From Amphiscolops sp. MND2022 (taxonomy: Eukaryota): 64,000 nucleotides of DNA. The notes below the pieces were generated by a model, which was not told where the DNA came from, did no database searches, and worked only from the letters and a program-made list of their open reading frames with translations. The position numbers and the translations under genes were made by a program. Positions 24,900 to 38,600 of this stretch are shown piece by piece. The DNA lies in the NCBI GenBank assembly GCA_964187785.1, contig OZ076409.1, positions 14,386,001 through 14,450,000 of the forward strand, read 5' to 3'. Each line of letters begins with the position of its first letter. The first letter of the stretch is position 1.

Positions 24900-26430
24900 G
24901 CTTATTTCAAAAGATTAGAGTTTCCGAAGATTATTAAAAATTATTTTTCAAATTCAATAAAGTGCCAAACAACTGCCAAAACTTGTTTTTTTTTTATTAT
25001 TTTGGGGTCATTTGGAGGCTCTTCTCTGATGTGAAACTGCAATTGACCTTCGGAAGGCATATTGGATAACGCATTCAGTCATTGTTGAACGTTTTCATTC
25101 TTCTAACAATAGAAATTCAACCGAAAACTCTGAATTTGGCAAAAAAAGTTAAATTTGGATCATTTCTGAAGTGTTTTCGAAGCAAAAAACTGCAACACTC
25201 TCTCCTGCATATTGCATTGCTAGTTTGTTCGTTTTTGAGTGTTTTGAACTGTCTTAGTCACAAAAATTTCCAAAAATTGAAGACAAACTGCAAGAAAAAC
25301 GACAAACTGTAAAGATTTGGGTTTCCAATATTTTTTGGGGTAATTGAGGCTTACTTGTTATGATAACTTCTGTTCATTCTCTCAAATTATTAACTGGACT
25401 AATATTGAATCATTAAGGAAACGTTTCAAAGTTTTACTGTACAAAAATTTTCAAAATTTTGAAAAAAATGTGTTAGGAACTTTTGACTTCTTTTTTTTCT
25501 GGGATCATTTTCATGCTCTTTTTGTACATGAAACTGCAATTGATTTTCAAAAACTCTACTCTGTTTTGTGTTCGTTTTTGCTGTTGAATGTTTTCATTCT
25601 TCGAAAATACGGAATTCAAAAAAATTAGAACAAAATTCGTTTTTCGGAAATGTTTTGGATTTTCGAATCCTTTGGATCATTCTGAGATAATGTTTCACAT
25701 AGAAAACTACAAAGATTTTTTTTCAACAGGCGTAATGCATAGTCTGATAAATCGTCTGGAGATTTAGGACCATTTATTTCACAAAAATAATGGCAAATTT
25801 TCACTAAATGTGTCATAAATAGGAAACTTTTGATATTTTATACTTTGTTCAAATTGAGACATTTGCGAACACAAGCCAAGGAAATACCTCCCACAGAAGC
25901 CACCTGGATATCGAATGCATTTTTTATTGAATAATTCCATTATTAAAACCATCGGAACGTTCCGAAAAGGTCACAGTCTTTGAACAAAATCGTCTAAAAA
26001 TTTCAATTCTTCTACTTCTAGACTCAAAAATTCTCAAACTCTGTTTTCAATTAACATGAAGAACCTACATAAGTTGAAAATTTCTGAACTTCCGACAAAT
26101 TAAAGCACATTATTATCAGACAACTGCAGTTATTCCTTCAAAAAGCTTACTAAACAACGCATTCCGTTGTTTTTGAACAGTTTCAGAGTTCTAATCCACG
26201 AAATCTTTTAAAAATTTGACAAAAGTTGCATTAAAACGTGAAAAAAGAAATTTTGGAATTTTTGTCAATTTTTGTCTCAATTTGACACATATTTTCATTG
26301 AAAAATTGCCTTTAGTTCTTCGAAATAGCCTCTTGGATAACGATATAAATTTGGAGCTTGGCAAATTTCGTCGAAAAAACCGTTTGATTATAATATTTTA
26401 CTTTTCTATATAAAATATGGACGGAAAATA
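24900..26430 (+). repeat. Second copy of the degenerate subunit repeat at 7300-8960
   Basis: Same shared blocks in the same order. Boundaries approximate. Confidence 0.45.
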
Positions 26431-28934
26431 ATAAAATTTTTCTTGGAAACATGGCTCTCTTGATAAGATCTAACTATGACAAACTGAATACCATGGAAAG
26501 ATCTTCACAAGATCGTAGCCAAGATTGTTCCAAGGTCTTGTCATGATGTCTTCCCAGGATGTCTTACCAAGATATCAATGGAGGGTCAACCCGGGTCATC
26601 TGTTGCATCTGAGTTTGTGGAGATTTTGGATACCTGAAAAAAGTGATTAAAATTTCCAGAAACGTCTGAAGTGTCAAACTTTAATTGAAAAAACGTCGCC
26701 GATGCAAACTACGGAAGGAGTGGAAATTTCACTTCTATCCTAGTGACCTTTTTGGTGTAATAAGGCTGATGTAAACATTTCGTTTCTTGTTCCGTACACT
26801 GTGACGTACATATATTACTTTGAAGTGGATACATGTTTTCATCCGTTGTGTGTGTAAATTTTCCAGACATTTTCCAAAAGTACTTGATTGGCATCGTAAA
26901 CCTATTTCGTTTTCTTTCCTCTATGCATTTTTCATGAACATTTACTGTATTCCTTTTTGCAGGCAAAATTAAGTATTGGTTTTTTCCCTCGAGATTTTTT
27001 CCCTGATGAACATGACTCATTTTTTCATCCAAGCAGAAAAAGAAGCGCTTTCGCTTGTTCTACAAGTCCCTAAATGTTTCTTTTTCATTTACGCGCGTTG
27101 AATAAAGACGGCGGATTGAAATTGAACAGTTGAAAAACCTTTTTAATAGGAAATTTCAGCTTCTGTTAAACAAAGACAGGCACAAGTGAACCTCTGTTTT
27201 GATCAAGATGCTTGAAAAATCTTCACAGAATAGGCCAATTGCCGAAGTTTCTACCAAGTGCTAAATAACCTTCAAAGTGTGTCAGCTTCTTTGATTTTGT
27301 TTTGTCTTTAATGATTTCTATTACTTTAAAATGTATCCTAAAGCTATAGTGTGTTAGTGGTTACCAGTGTTTTAAAAATCAGAGATCTGTCTTTCATTAT
27401 TGTCGGGGCACTGTTTTGATGGGAAATAACAGCCATGCTAAAGAATAACGGCCATCGAGTAAACTAATGATGAAAGAAACGGATGAAGTTATTTTTCCGG
27501 TTTCTGAATGCATTCTTGCACAAAATATAAACATCTGACTACAGTAATAATTTCATGGCTCAAATTGAGAAAATTTTGTCAACTTATCACAGCGAAAACA
27601 AGAGTTATGAAAATCAGCGGTAATTTCTATGACAATTTATGATCGCGAAATCATCAATTTTTGATGAACAAGTTAACCAATTTTTTCTCATTCGCCTCTT
27701 TCACTCTCGTACTCTCTCGAACTCTGGTAGAAATGTTCCGGTTTAGTTGCTTTCGAGTCTGATTCAGTTGGTACTTCAATATCTTGAACCGAAAGAAGTA
27801 TCCCTACTAGCGTTCGTGGAAGATATATTAGATTCTTTTATTTGTTATTCGAGTAAAACAGTACAGGGCAGTAGCTATTTTGAAAAAGGTCAAGTTATTT
27901 TCGGCAACCGAAAACAAGCAGCGGTCTTCTCAATTTCACAAGGTATATCTGTCATTGATTTTATTACAGCTATCCATAGATGTGGGACTAAACAGCAGGA
28001 TGAATGAAAACGTTCTTTTGACACTTAATACCGCAAACATTGGCTTAGAGACAATGTAGGTCATTTTTCGAACGATTTTTTTGTACGACGTCTTTTTTCT
28101 TTATCATGGCAAACATAAGAGCTTTATTGTATTTCTGCCACGTTCAGTACATCTGAGGTCATTTATTACTAATGCGTTCGATTATGGATAATAGTAAGTG
28201 AAAAACAAACCGTTAAAAAGAAGCAAGTCAAAGCTGGATGTCATGTGAAATTAATTGGCTTTCATTAAAGCCTGGAAAACCAACTACCAATTGAAAATTC
28301 AAAGGTTCAGAATTAATACTGGCCTTGCATTTACGTGGCAATGTTTTTTACCGACATTCCAAATGCTAATGACAAATTACTCCTAAGCGGCATGGCCGGT
28401 TTTGCAAATTTTCGAAAATTTTGACTTAAATTTTTCAATTGTTAATATATCTAATCTCCGCAACTGCGCTCACCAGAAAAATGAAGTATCAAGCGTTTGA
28501 AAGGGTTAAAATTGGGCGTTAATTTTGAATTCTGATCTCCTGTAGGCTGGGGCCAAATTCTTCAGAAATTGAGTTTCTTTTTCCAGCACTTTCCATCCCA
28601 TTCCGAACTTTTTACCGGCCTTATAGTAACAGCAGCAAAATATTCGGTTTTGTTGCACAAGGTCTTGCTGTGGAAGAGTATGGGGTTGTCTTACTTCATA
28701 GGTCAAAAGAAAATTGACTTTGCCAAGAAGGGAACTTTGGAAAAATATGTCTCTGTTCGCACCAAAAACTCAATTTTCTCAGCGTTAGACTAGAATTTCT
28801 AAAGTTTGTGCCGTTCAAACCAAACACGGCACCATTAAATTGAGAAAAAAAACTGTGGTAAGGAATATGAGCAACAGGCAAAACGAATCAGAAGTTGGAA
28901 AAAGGGTATATATACCCAAAATATGTTCTTCTAC

Positions 28935-29647
28935 TGTAACGTCCACCAGTCAACACCAAATTTTCGATGAAAAATTCGATCAAGAACCAAAAAATGTGCG
29001 AATCAAAATGGCCGACCTGGCAGGTCCTTAAAGCCCATAAAAAATGAAAGAGAGAACACGTGAACAAGAAGAACGACAAGAGATGATAAAGAAGTAGGCG
29101 ACTGACGACATGAAGATCCACACGGGACAGAATTCGAAGAACGCTACCCGGTGCTATGTCATCCCTGGGAAAGCAGAGCCATTCTAGAACTACATGACTG
29201 GATCCCCGAAAATCTACAAACAGTAACTCTATTTCCACTCGGGGCTTATCCCCCTTTATTTTGTTAATTTATATCAGAGCGTTTTGTTATTTTTCCCATG
29301 CCTGACCTTCTAGGTCGGCATTTCATGCCCATAACTGTCGAAATGAGATTTTTCGGATAAACACCTTTTTGGACCTCGGAAGTATGTAGGGGATAGCAGG
29401 AACGCGCTAAAAACCTTAGGATACGTTTTTACAGGCTTGTGGGGCGTGTCCGGACTTTGAGAGTGCCGGCACGTCGCCTCGGAGCTCTAATTAGAGGAGT
29501 CTCCTTAGACGTTAGAAAAGTCCCCCATGGAGACCATTTTGGGATCAAAAACTAGTGTCTAGGTATGTAGTAAGACAACGGTCTCCTGTTTAAGCATCCT
29601 AGGCATTGTCCCTCTTCCTAGATGTGCGCCGCTAGCCGGACGTTACA
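28935..29647 (+). repeat. 5' LTR of the giant Gypsy element
   Basis: Direct repeat of 47320-48032 with a 10-bp terminal inverted repeat. Confidence 0.98.
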
Positions 29648-29663
29648 TCTGGAATAGTTTTTA

Positions 29664-29680
29664 TGGCGACCACAGAGGGA
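29664..29680 (+). promoter_or_regulatory. Primer-binding site (tRNA-Arg-like), 16 nt downstream of the LTR
   Basis: TGGCGACCACAGAGGGA closely resembles the reverse complement of the 3' end of animal tRNA-Arg(TCG) (TGGCGACCACGAAGGGA). It is identical in the inverted copy at 55864-55880. Confidence 0.75.
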
Positions 29681-32656
29681 TAATTTTCCTTACCGCGTCC
29701 TGCGAGGAGCAACTCCTGCTTTCCGGCCCTGAAAGGTCCGGATCTAGGAGAAGCTTTTGGGAGAGTCCTAGATTGTTTTTATTGCTTTATTCTAGCCCTT
29801 TGGGCCTTATATTAGTGTTTTTCCTGCGTTTCCTGCATGTTTCCGAGGTCCCTAGCCTGAAAAAGACAGTTTGAAACGGTGTACCCCCTTGTACCTTATC
29901 TGTACTCATTAAAAGAGCTATTCCGGCTTATCCGGAACGTGTTTTAACGGGTTTTCCAGCTTCTTTTCAGCTAATTAGCAATGTACAGGGACTGCGAGGA
30001 CGGTTTGTGAAGACCCGAACTAGCTGAGTGCAGGACTGCAGGTGCTTCACGTCATAGCCTCTTCCTCCCCACCTGGTGCCGATTCACCGAAAATAGCTGG
30101 GTTATTTCGTTCCCTTTACGTTTTCTAGCCCCAAATTAGTATTCCCAGGCCTGTTTTTGCATAAATTAACTGTGAATAATACCCACAGGGTATTTACATC
30201 AGTTATTTTAAGGACTTGAGCTCGAAAACGCCAAAAATGACACTAATAACAGCTCAAATATCGAAATTTCCCGTTTTGAAAGCCAAAATTTTATAGAATT
30301 GTTAACGGCCTGTGGGAATACCTGAAAAACGTTCCGTTGGACCTACCAGGTCGAGAACAAAAGTTTTTGTTGGGCTATTTTTCAAGAAAACATGAAAATT
30401 TCAGCGATTTTTGTTCAAAAATAGGCAAAATTGGCCATTTTGACCAATTTTGGTAAGGGCGAAGCCTTGGGCGTTTGTTCCCAAGCCTCTTAAAGGGCCC
30501 AAAAAATTCTGTTGTTGTGCTTGGTAGTACGCAATACTACTACCAAGACGGTTTTTGAACACCCCCAATATAAATTGAAGTTTTAACACCACTTTTCTTT
30601 CATTAAAATAGACCTGAGTAGAGGACCCCATAGACCTGAGAGCTATAACATCAAAAATAATAATTGAAAGAACCCCACTCCCCTAAATAAAGCAGTTACA
30701 CCTTCCTACTGTACTGTTGAAACCATCTCGAGCCTCTGGGAACCGAAGAATAAAAAGTTCCTAGGGAAAATACGTGTTTTTCATAGGTGTTCCCAGAGTG
30801 TCCAAGGTGTAACCTAAAACCAATTTCGAGAGACCCTATCTGGAACCTGCCAGGTTTCGCTCGCTTATTTTCTGTTAGTAGAGAGTACTAGATTACCAAC
30901 GCTGAAAACCGCGAGTGATTCCAACCAGTGGTTGCCGAGAAATAGCCAAAAACGTGTTATTTTTGTGACATTTTCGGAACACTAGAGTAGTGCTTCCAGT
31001 ACAGGTCGAAATCTCTCCTACCAGGAGTAGCCCAAAACGGATTGCACCATCGTGTAGCACGCAAAAAGTTACGTTAGTGGTGTAATTTTCGTAGTGCTAC
31101 CATTATTAGTGATCGAGAAATCTTAGCCGCAGTTTTGCTCAAAAATGATCCGAAAATGTCGAAAAAATTGAATTTTAGTTGAGCATAGTACAATACCTCG
31201 AAGGTACCCCAGTACTAAAATTCTTGCATTTTCGTGCCCACGGCATTAGATCACGACGATTTGTGCAATTTGAGCAGCCGGCTACTACCCAGCTTAAAGA
31301 AATTGACAATTTTGTGAATTTTAGCCCCTGAAAGTGGCATACAGGGTACATCATAGTTTTGTCGACTCGGATTGCGAAATATTGACCTGGGCACCCTGCT
31401 AACTTATTTTTCTGTTACGTGGGCATAATTCACGCTCGCATACAAAATTTCAGATAGCTAGGAGGCCTAGAAGGCGAGTTTGACCACTTTTTGCGAAATT
31501 CGCGACATAGCCAATTTCTTAGTGAACATTGTTAAGTGGCCGTGACACACGCAGAATCAATTTTAACGCAATCGGAAGCTCGTTCCCCACGATTCAGCTA
31601 GTGCACTAGGCGGTGTGAAATTTTCAGGTCGCTAGCACCACTAGAAGTGATTTTCACCTTCCCCGGAGGTACTGCTTGATGAGAAAAACAAGATTTTGAG
31701 TAAAAATTAATAGAAAACCCAAGCATTCCCAATCCTGATACACCCCATTCAGGGCTGAAACCACCTGTTTAACGCATCGAGCAAGTCCCACACGCCTTAC
31801 CGAACCTATAAAATCCATATAAAGCTAGCCCCAAGATCAACGATCTTCCACTAAACGCTCTACGAGACCAAAAGACGGTAACTCCAAAAATTGAAATTCA
31901 CTTCTTTCCCGCCGCTAAGGTCGCCTAGGTGCAATTTACTCGCCATAACCATCCCGACTCTACGCCTCGCATACCCTGAGGGTGCGAGAGTGCGCCTGAG
32001 AATATCAAAACAATTACAGACCAGGTTTGCGGAACGCGTAGAGAAACTAGAACAAGGACAGGGAAAATCATCCATATCGTTGTAACCCCTTCACCCACGA
32101 GCAATAAAGCCATAGACCAGGTCATCACTCGATACTTAAACCACGCACTCCCAATCAAACCCCAGATTATTTCCAATCCATTGTCCACCCATTGTCCCCA
32201 AATCAGCCCACCCATTGTTCCCAAACTCCTCAAAAAAAAAAAAAAAATTTTTGTTGAAGAAAGTCGAACCTTCTAGGTGAGGAGAAAACAGAGGAAATTT
32301 TAGTTAGCCACACCTGCGATAGTGTGCCTAGTGCACTCCACAGATGCAGGAAGCAATTCACGCCCATTTAGCAAATCTTTACCCCAATACAAGAAAGACA
32401 AGTGACAAGGCGCGCTAAATGGCCTAGTCAGTCAGCTACTCAGTGCAGTTTAGATAATAGCCTTTTGAGTTACTTAGTCAAAGCAAACCCTCCTCATTCC
32501 ATCATCTACCACTTGTTTCGTGGGGGAAGGAAGTAGAGAAAAGCAAAAAACAAAAAACAAAAAAACAAAAAAAAAATTTTTGTTACCTTTAATTTTGTCG
32601 ACTATATAGTGGAAGCTTCACACGCAGTGGAAGCTAAAATATTACATTTCGTGGCC

Positions 32657-35600
32657 ATGGAACAACGCGAGACTAACGCCACCATGAGCGACTTCCATGC
32701 CACCAACCCTTTCGGAAGAAGAGCGGAAACCACAACCGAAGAAAACGAATGTAGATTAGATTCAGCCATAGCAGACATAATTTCAGAAGCTATGTCTGAC
32801 TTCGTACCGAGCCAGGAACAAAACGCAGAGATAGCCGTTGCCACTAGCCAGCCTAACTCCTCGCGAGCCTCCCCCGATAGCACCAATCTACCGGATAATA
32901 CTGAGAACACCACGCAAAGAAATACATGGCCTCCGCTGGAAGTCACTGACTACAGCTTGGAAAACTGGCCAAACTCCAACCAAGGGCCCACCAGTGAGCC
33001 CAGCATTGTTGATACCCCCAACGAACAAAATGGCACTCCAATGACTCCACGGGCGGACCCACGGACGGCGGAAGTCGAAAGGAACCCCCTGGGTTCCCAG
33101 GAGATGATCAATAGCGTAGGCGGGAATCCCTTCCGAAGCGGATATGCGCTACCGGAAGCACCGGCGAAAACGTCGAACAGGCCAGTGGAGAACTCGAAGA
33201 CGGACATAACAGAGAATCCGTTAAGATATGTTTTTCGAACGCCACCCTCGGTGACGCCAAAGATTAACTATGCGAATGCAAGTCGAACATCTCATACGCC
33301 AGACTCTCAAGCTAGCGCCGACACCAATCTTGACTCAACAATAACCAAAGCAAGGAAGGAAATGCAAACAGTTCGGGAAGACTTTCAGAGTAGTCTGGCT
33401 CAGCTAGCTCAAGTCCAGACGAGGCTGGCGAGGGAAAACAACGAACATGAGATGCGCGCCGACATGATAATGAGGGACATGGACGAGCTACGAAAAGGTC
33501 TGTTGGAAATGCAAGCGGAAGGGCGACAAAATCAAGGTCGACTGGAAGCGTCAATGGCATCTCTCAATGATCTGATTAAACAGAGAGAAACTACAGCGGA
33601 CGCTCGCATGGCCGAGATGTCTGCAATAATGAGAGAAAGAGACCGCCAAGCGGATGAACGCATGAAAGCAATGACAAACACGATGCAGCGCCGCGACATA
33701 GACTCCAATGTCCGCATGACGGACTTGATGATGGCAATGCAAGATTTGACATTGGGAGTGAAAGCAATCGTGTCGCAAGCCCCCGCGCAGCAAGCACAAA
33801 CGGCGCCGCGGATTCCCCAAAAAAATCAACAGACCGAAATGCCATCTACAAGCGAAGCTCCCCAACCTCATTATAGGACGGTGGCACAGCACACAGTGGA
33901 GCCTCCTAGGCCTCCAAAACTAGTGCCACCCGCAACGTACAGGCGTGACCTGTCTAAAGCTAGCAAGATGGCTAAAGTAACCCACACGGAATCACGAGAC
34001 GCAGGTACGGACCCAATGACAGACCCGCCGTCGTTTGACCAGTACGCTCGCGGAACATCAACCTCCGGCAACTTTCATTCCGCCGCCGACGAAACGAACA
34101 CCCGCAGGACCAGCTACTATACGGCCGATTCCAGCGCAGCATTCCGCCCACCTGCGCGACCGCAGACGTTCAGAGATTTCGTTCCGCGGCCAGTGGCCAC
34201 CAGTACGCAGCGTAAGATGACAAACAAGCGGAATCTGGAACAAGGCAAAGGCGAACATAGCGATATTGAAGAAATGCCCTCAATGACAGAAGAGACCCCA
34301 GACACGCCAAGAACTACCCAACGACAAGCACTAGCGGAAGCAATATCTACGGCCATGTCTAAAGGCTTGGAGCCGTTGCTCGCCGCCAAGGAATCTAAAA
34401 ACAAGCCCACGAAATATAGAGGAACCCGAGACGGAAACGCAGATGGATGGATGATGTTGATGAAACGCCATTTGGAAAAAGCACACCCCAAGGCGACCCC
34501 CCTCGATAAAGCGTGGACAATAATTGAGTATCTAGAGCATGAAGCCAGAGATTACATCACAAATAAGTCCGAAGCCGAGAGGGACACTGACGAAAAAGTA
34601 TTCGCGTTGCTGGCGCGTCGCTTTGGAACAGGTTCCAGCAAAATCCACATCCAACAGCAATTTAGAACCCGCAACCAGAATAGCGAGGAGGACTACATGC
34701 AATACCTTGACGCCCTCGAAGGCCTGCGTAGTCAAGGTTACCCCAATGAAGAGGTGACAGTTCGTCGATACGAAATCATGCAAAGATTCATTGAGGGAGT
34801 ACGCAACTTCGAACTAAAAAGGAACCTCGCGCTAATGTATGCACCGGAACAATACGTGGAAACCCCGCCAACAGTGGAAGCCCTCCGCTTCACAGTACAA
34901 CAATACTTACGCATGCGAGGCTCAACTCGTTCGGACAACTACCCAATGATGCCCCCTCCACAACAACAAGCCAACATCCAACAACCAAATCAGTCTCCAG
35001 TAGCACCCGCGCCTGCCCAAAAAATGCAACAACAACAGCCTCCCCAACCAGCAGCATACCAACAACAACCCATGCCACCGGCAGCCTATCGACAGCAACC
35101 CCAAAGAGCGTGCTTCAACTGCGGAGACCCATCGCACTTCGTGGTGGACTGCCCCCTGAAAGACCGTGCACGGAAGCCGGTACAACAGCAAGTGAACTCC
35201 TGTCACACGAACCCGACAGGTAGTTGGGTGTGCCCCTCCCAGCCACATGGCTTGAACTATGATGTTTTCCCAGCATCCCTACCAACCCAAGGCACAGTTG
35301 CCTTCTGCATTAATTGCGGCCGTACTGAGCACTCGGCGTCAGAATGCATGGCCTCGGAGCAAATGAATCACGAAGAACAAATCCGTGCAGCGTGGTATGC
35401 TCCTTCACCAAGTCGATTCGATGGCCTGAGCCAAGACGACCAAGTCCGGGTAATATCAGTAGCGGAAGATGGGGGTCCCTCCCGACCTGTAGTAGTCACT
35501 TGTGGCGAGAAACAAGTACTCACCACACTAGAGGCACCCGCCCCAGATTGCACAGAGACACTTATCTCGATACACTTGCTTCTCTCGGCCGAACAAAAAA

Positions 35601-38600
35601 CGCGACCCACGCTGACGCTATCGCAACTAAAGGAGGAATTATGCAGAAACGTGAACTATACTATCGCAGCGCGACCGCTCCCACATTTCGCGAGAGAAGA
35701 CGAAACGAAACTGGCCCCAATACAGAAAGTTAAGACCGTTTCTCCGGTGCCGGTAGCCATTAACGTAGACGGTGTAGACATGAAATTTGACGCTATCGTA
35801 GTCTTAGAAGGTCACTTCCCTCAGGGATTGTACTTGGGCCGCCAGGAGTTACGATGTTATAACATCGGAGTGCAAGATGCCCAGGGGGAGGCTCGTATTG
35901 ACGAACGGGCATCCCTGGTGGTTGCCTTTGGCAACACGATCCAGGAACCAATACCCTTGTACGGGATGATAGACACCGGTTCCGGTGTCTCGATTCTCTC
36001 CCTCAAAGCCTATCAAAAAATTGCATCACCCCACGCATTAAGCCTCCTACCATATGACATCCAACTGTATGCCGCCAATGGTAAAACCATCAACACCATC
36101 GGAATTGCCGAAAATGTTAGCTTCCAGTTGGGCGGATATACCCTCCGAACCAATTTCATAGTCATTGCCGATCACCTAGGCGCGGAAGACTTCCTACTTG
36201 GCAGAAACTTCTTGCGCACTTACAACGTTCTCGTGGACTTGACGGCCATGAGGGTCACAATACGCGACACCAAAGCGCCACGCCACTTCAAACCCGTCCA
36301 TGAGGTAAGTGATCATGAGCCATCCCTAGTGATATCCACCGAAAAAGTAGTCCTAGGCCCTTACGAGCGTAAGCTAGTACGAGCCCAAGTTATTTCTCAA
36401 AAGCACAACGAGTACCTTTTCCGAAACGTAATGATTCGCCCCCAGGGGGTATATAAACGATCCCCCTTTGTTTCAGAAGATACATTGACGTCTGTTGGAG
36501 ATGAAGGCATTGTCTTCATAGCCCTACGAAACACTACCCCCTCTGAAAACGTAACCATTCAAACCAAAACTGTCCTCGGTAAGGCAGAACCTACAAACTT
36601 TGTGTTACTACCTGTGGCTGCCGACACGGCAACCGAAATTGATAAACCTTTGTTTGAACAAGTTAATAAAGTTTATACCGAAGAGTGGTTAAACGAAACG
36701 AGTTCCGAATATAGTTCTTTTGCTCAAAACTTCTTGTCCTCTACTGAGATATCTGAAGAAGGATTATCGGAAAGCGAGAAGCGTGCTCAGACTGACCCAC
36801 AGTTACTAAAACCTATACCAGGTCCAGACCTCTCCTCCATCCTTTCTTCATGGGGGGAGGGAGCGAGAGATCAACTAGCAAGCGTCCTGAGCGAATACGA
36901 TGACCTTTTTATGAAACATAAAGCTGACATAGGGAGATGCAAAATAGCGAAACATCGTATAGAACTAGAGCCAGAAGCTATCCCACATAGAGAAGGCGCT
37001 CGGCGCATGTCCCCAGATAAGGCAGCAAAGGCTAATCAAGAGGTGCGAAATCTACTGGCCCTTGGCCTAATTCAACCCTCCTATTCACCGTGGGCAAGCG
37101 GAATAGTCATGGTCAAAAAGAAAACAGGCGAACTTCGCTTCTGTTGCGACTTCCGACCGCTCAACGACGTAACGGTCAAGGACGCGTTCCCATTGCCCAG
37201 GATTGATGAAAGTCTATCCCGGATAGGCAATGCAAAAATTTTCACAAGTATTGACCTAGCGTGGGCCTTCTGGCAGATACCGCTAAAGAAGCGCGATAGA
37301 AGGAAAACAGCATTTGCCTGTGAACTGGGCTTGTTCGAATGGCGACGCATGCCCTTTGGGCTATGCAATGCATCGGCCACATTCCAGCGCTCCATTACAC
37401 GTGCCCTGCAACGGATCCAGCAACGACACGGGAGTGTCGTCATGGCTTACATCGACGACATAGTTATCGCCACGGAAACCATAGAAGACCACATCGTACG
37501 AATCAAGGAAGTATTCGAGTGTCTCCGAGAGGCTGGATTCAAGATGCGTGCCGAGAAATGTGACTTCATGCGCACGGAGACAAAGTACCTGGGGCGAGTG
37601 GTGTCCTCGGAAGGCATCAGACCAGACCCCGAAGCAATAGTCAAGATCCAAGAATGGATGCCCCCGAGAAACAAAGAGGAGCTTCAGAGCTTCCTAGGAT
37701 TCGCAAACTATTACCGAGACTTTGTACCATTCCATGCAGCCAAAGTACAACCCCTGCAGGAGTTGCTCAAGAAGAGTCAGCATTTCCACTGGGAAATAAA
37801 ACACCAAGAAGCCTTCGATGCAGTAAAGGAAGCACTAGCAAACGCGACCGCCTTGGCAGCCCCAAATGAAGACGGACGGTTCGTGCTCGACACCGATGCT
37901 AGTGCGGTAGCGATAGCTGGAATCCTGCACCAGGAACAGGAACACAATGGGAAAACCATTTTACGGCCAATAGTCTTCGGGAGCAAGTCCTTAACGAAGA
38001 CGCAGCTGAACTATGGAGCACCCAAGTTGGAAATGTACGCAGTATTTTACTTCATAGAGAAATTCCACTCATACCTCGCAGGCCGAGAGTTCACGCTCCG
38101 TGTGGACAATCAGGCCCTGTCATGGCTTAAAACGTACTCCATGGACCAAGCCATGATAGGTCGCTGGATAGCCCGTCTGGATCAATACAACTTCAAGACG
38201 ATCCACCGACCTCGCACACAGCATCGAAACGTGGACGGCCTCAGCAAACGGACCAACGACTATGTGCACCGAGAGAAAATCCTTGAGAAGTTACCGGAAG
38301 TGAGCGAAGGATTCAACTTCATGACCAAAGAAGACTATGAAGCACTCCCCACCGTGCCATACTTTGACAAACACGGACGCCCAATACCAAACCATCCAGA
38401 GCTCCCACCGGAAGCTCGAGCCCAACTCCCACTGCTGTATATCTTGGGAAAAAGGCCCAAAACGAGCTTGCAAGAACCCCCGGTGGATGATGCCCCATGG
38501 TACCCCCAAATACAATGGGAAGCGACTCCAACCACAGATGAGGATCACCGACCAAATCACATCCTCAGCATCACGACCGAAGTGCCACCGGCACGCCTAG

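Noticed and set aside
24230..26600. Clusters of AAGATCTT-type motifs at ~24230-24435 and ~26450-26595
   Set aside because: Probably MITE subterminal repeats, but I could not define paired TIRs or a TSD.
26709..27400. Coding-like minus-strand relic
   Set aside because: Multiple stops and no motif I can assign. It may be an old TE fragment.
28888..29238. 116-aa antisense ORF, repeated at 47303-47623
   Set aside because: It lies inside the LTR and is repeated only because the LTR is. It runs out into unrelated flank and is not preserved in the sister LTR.
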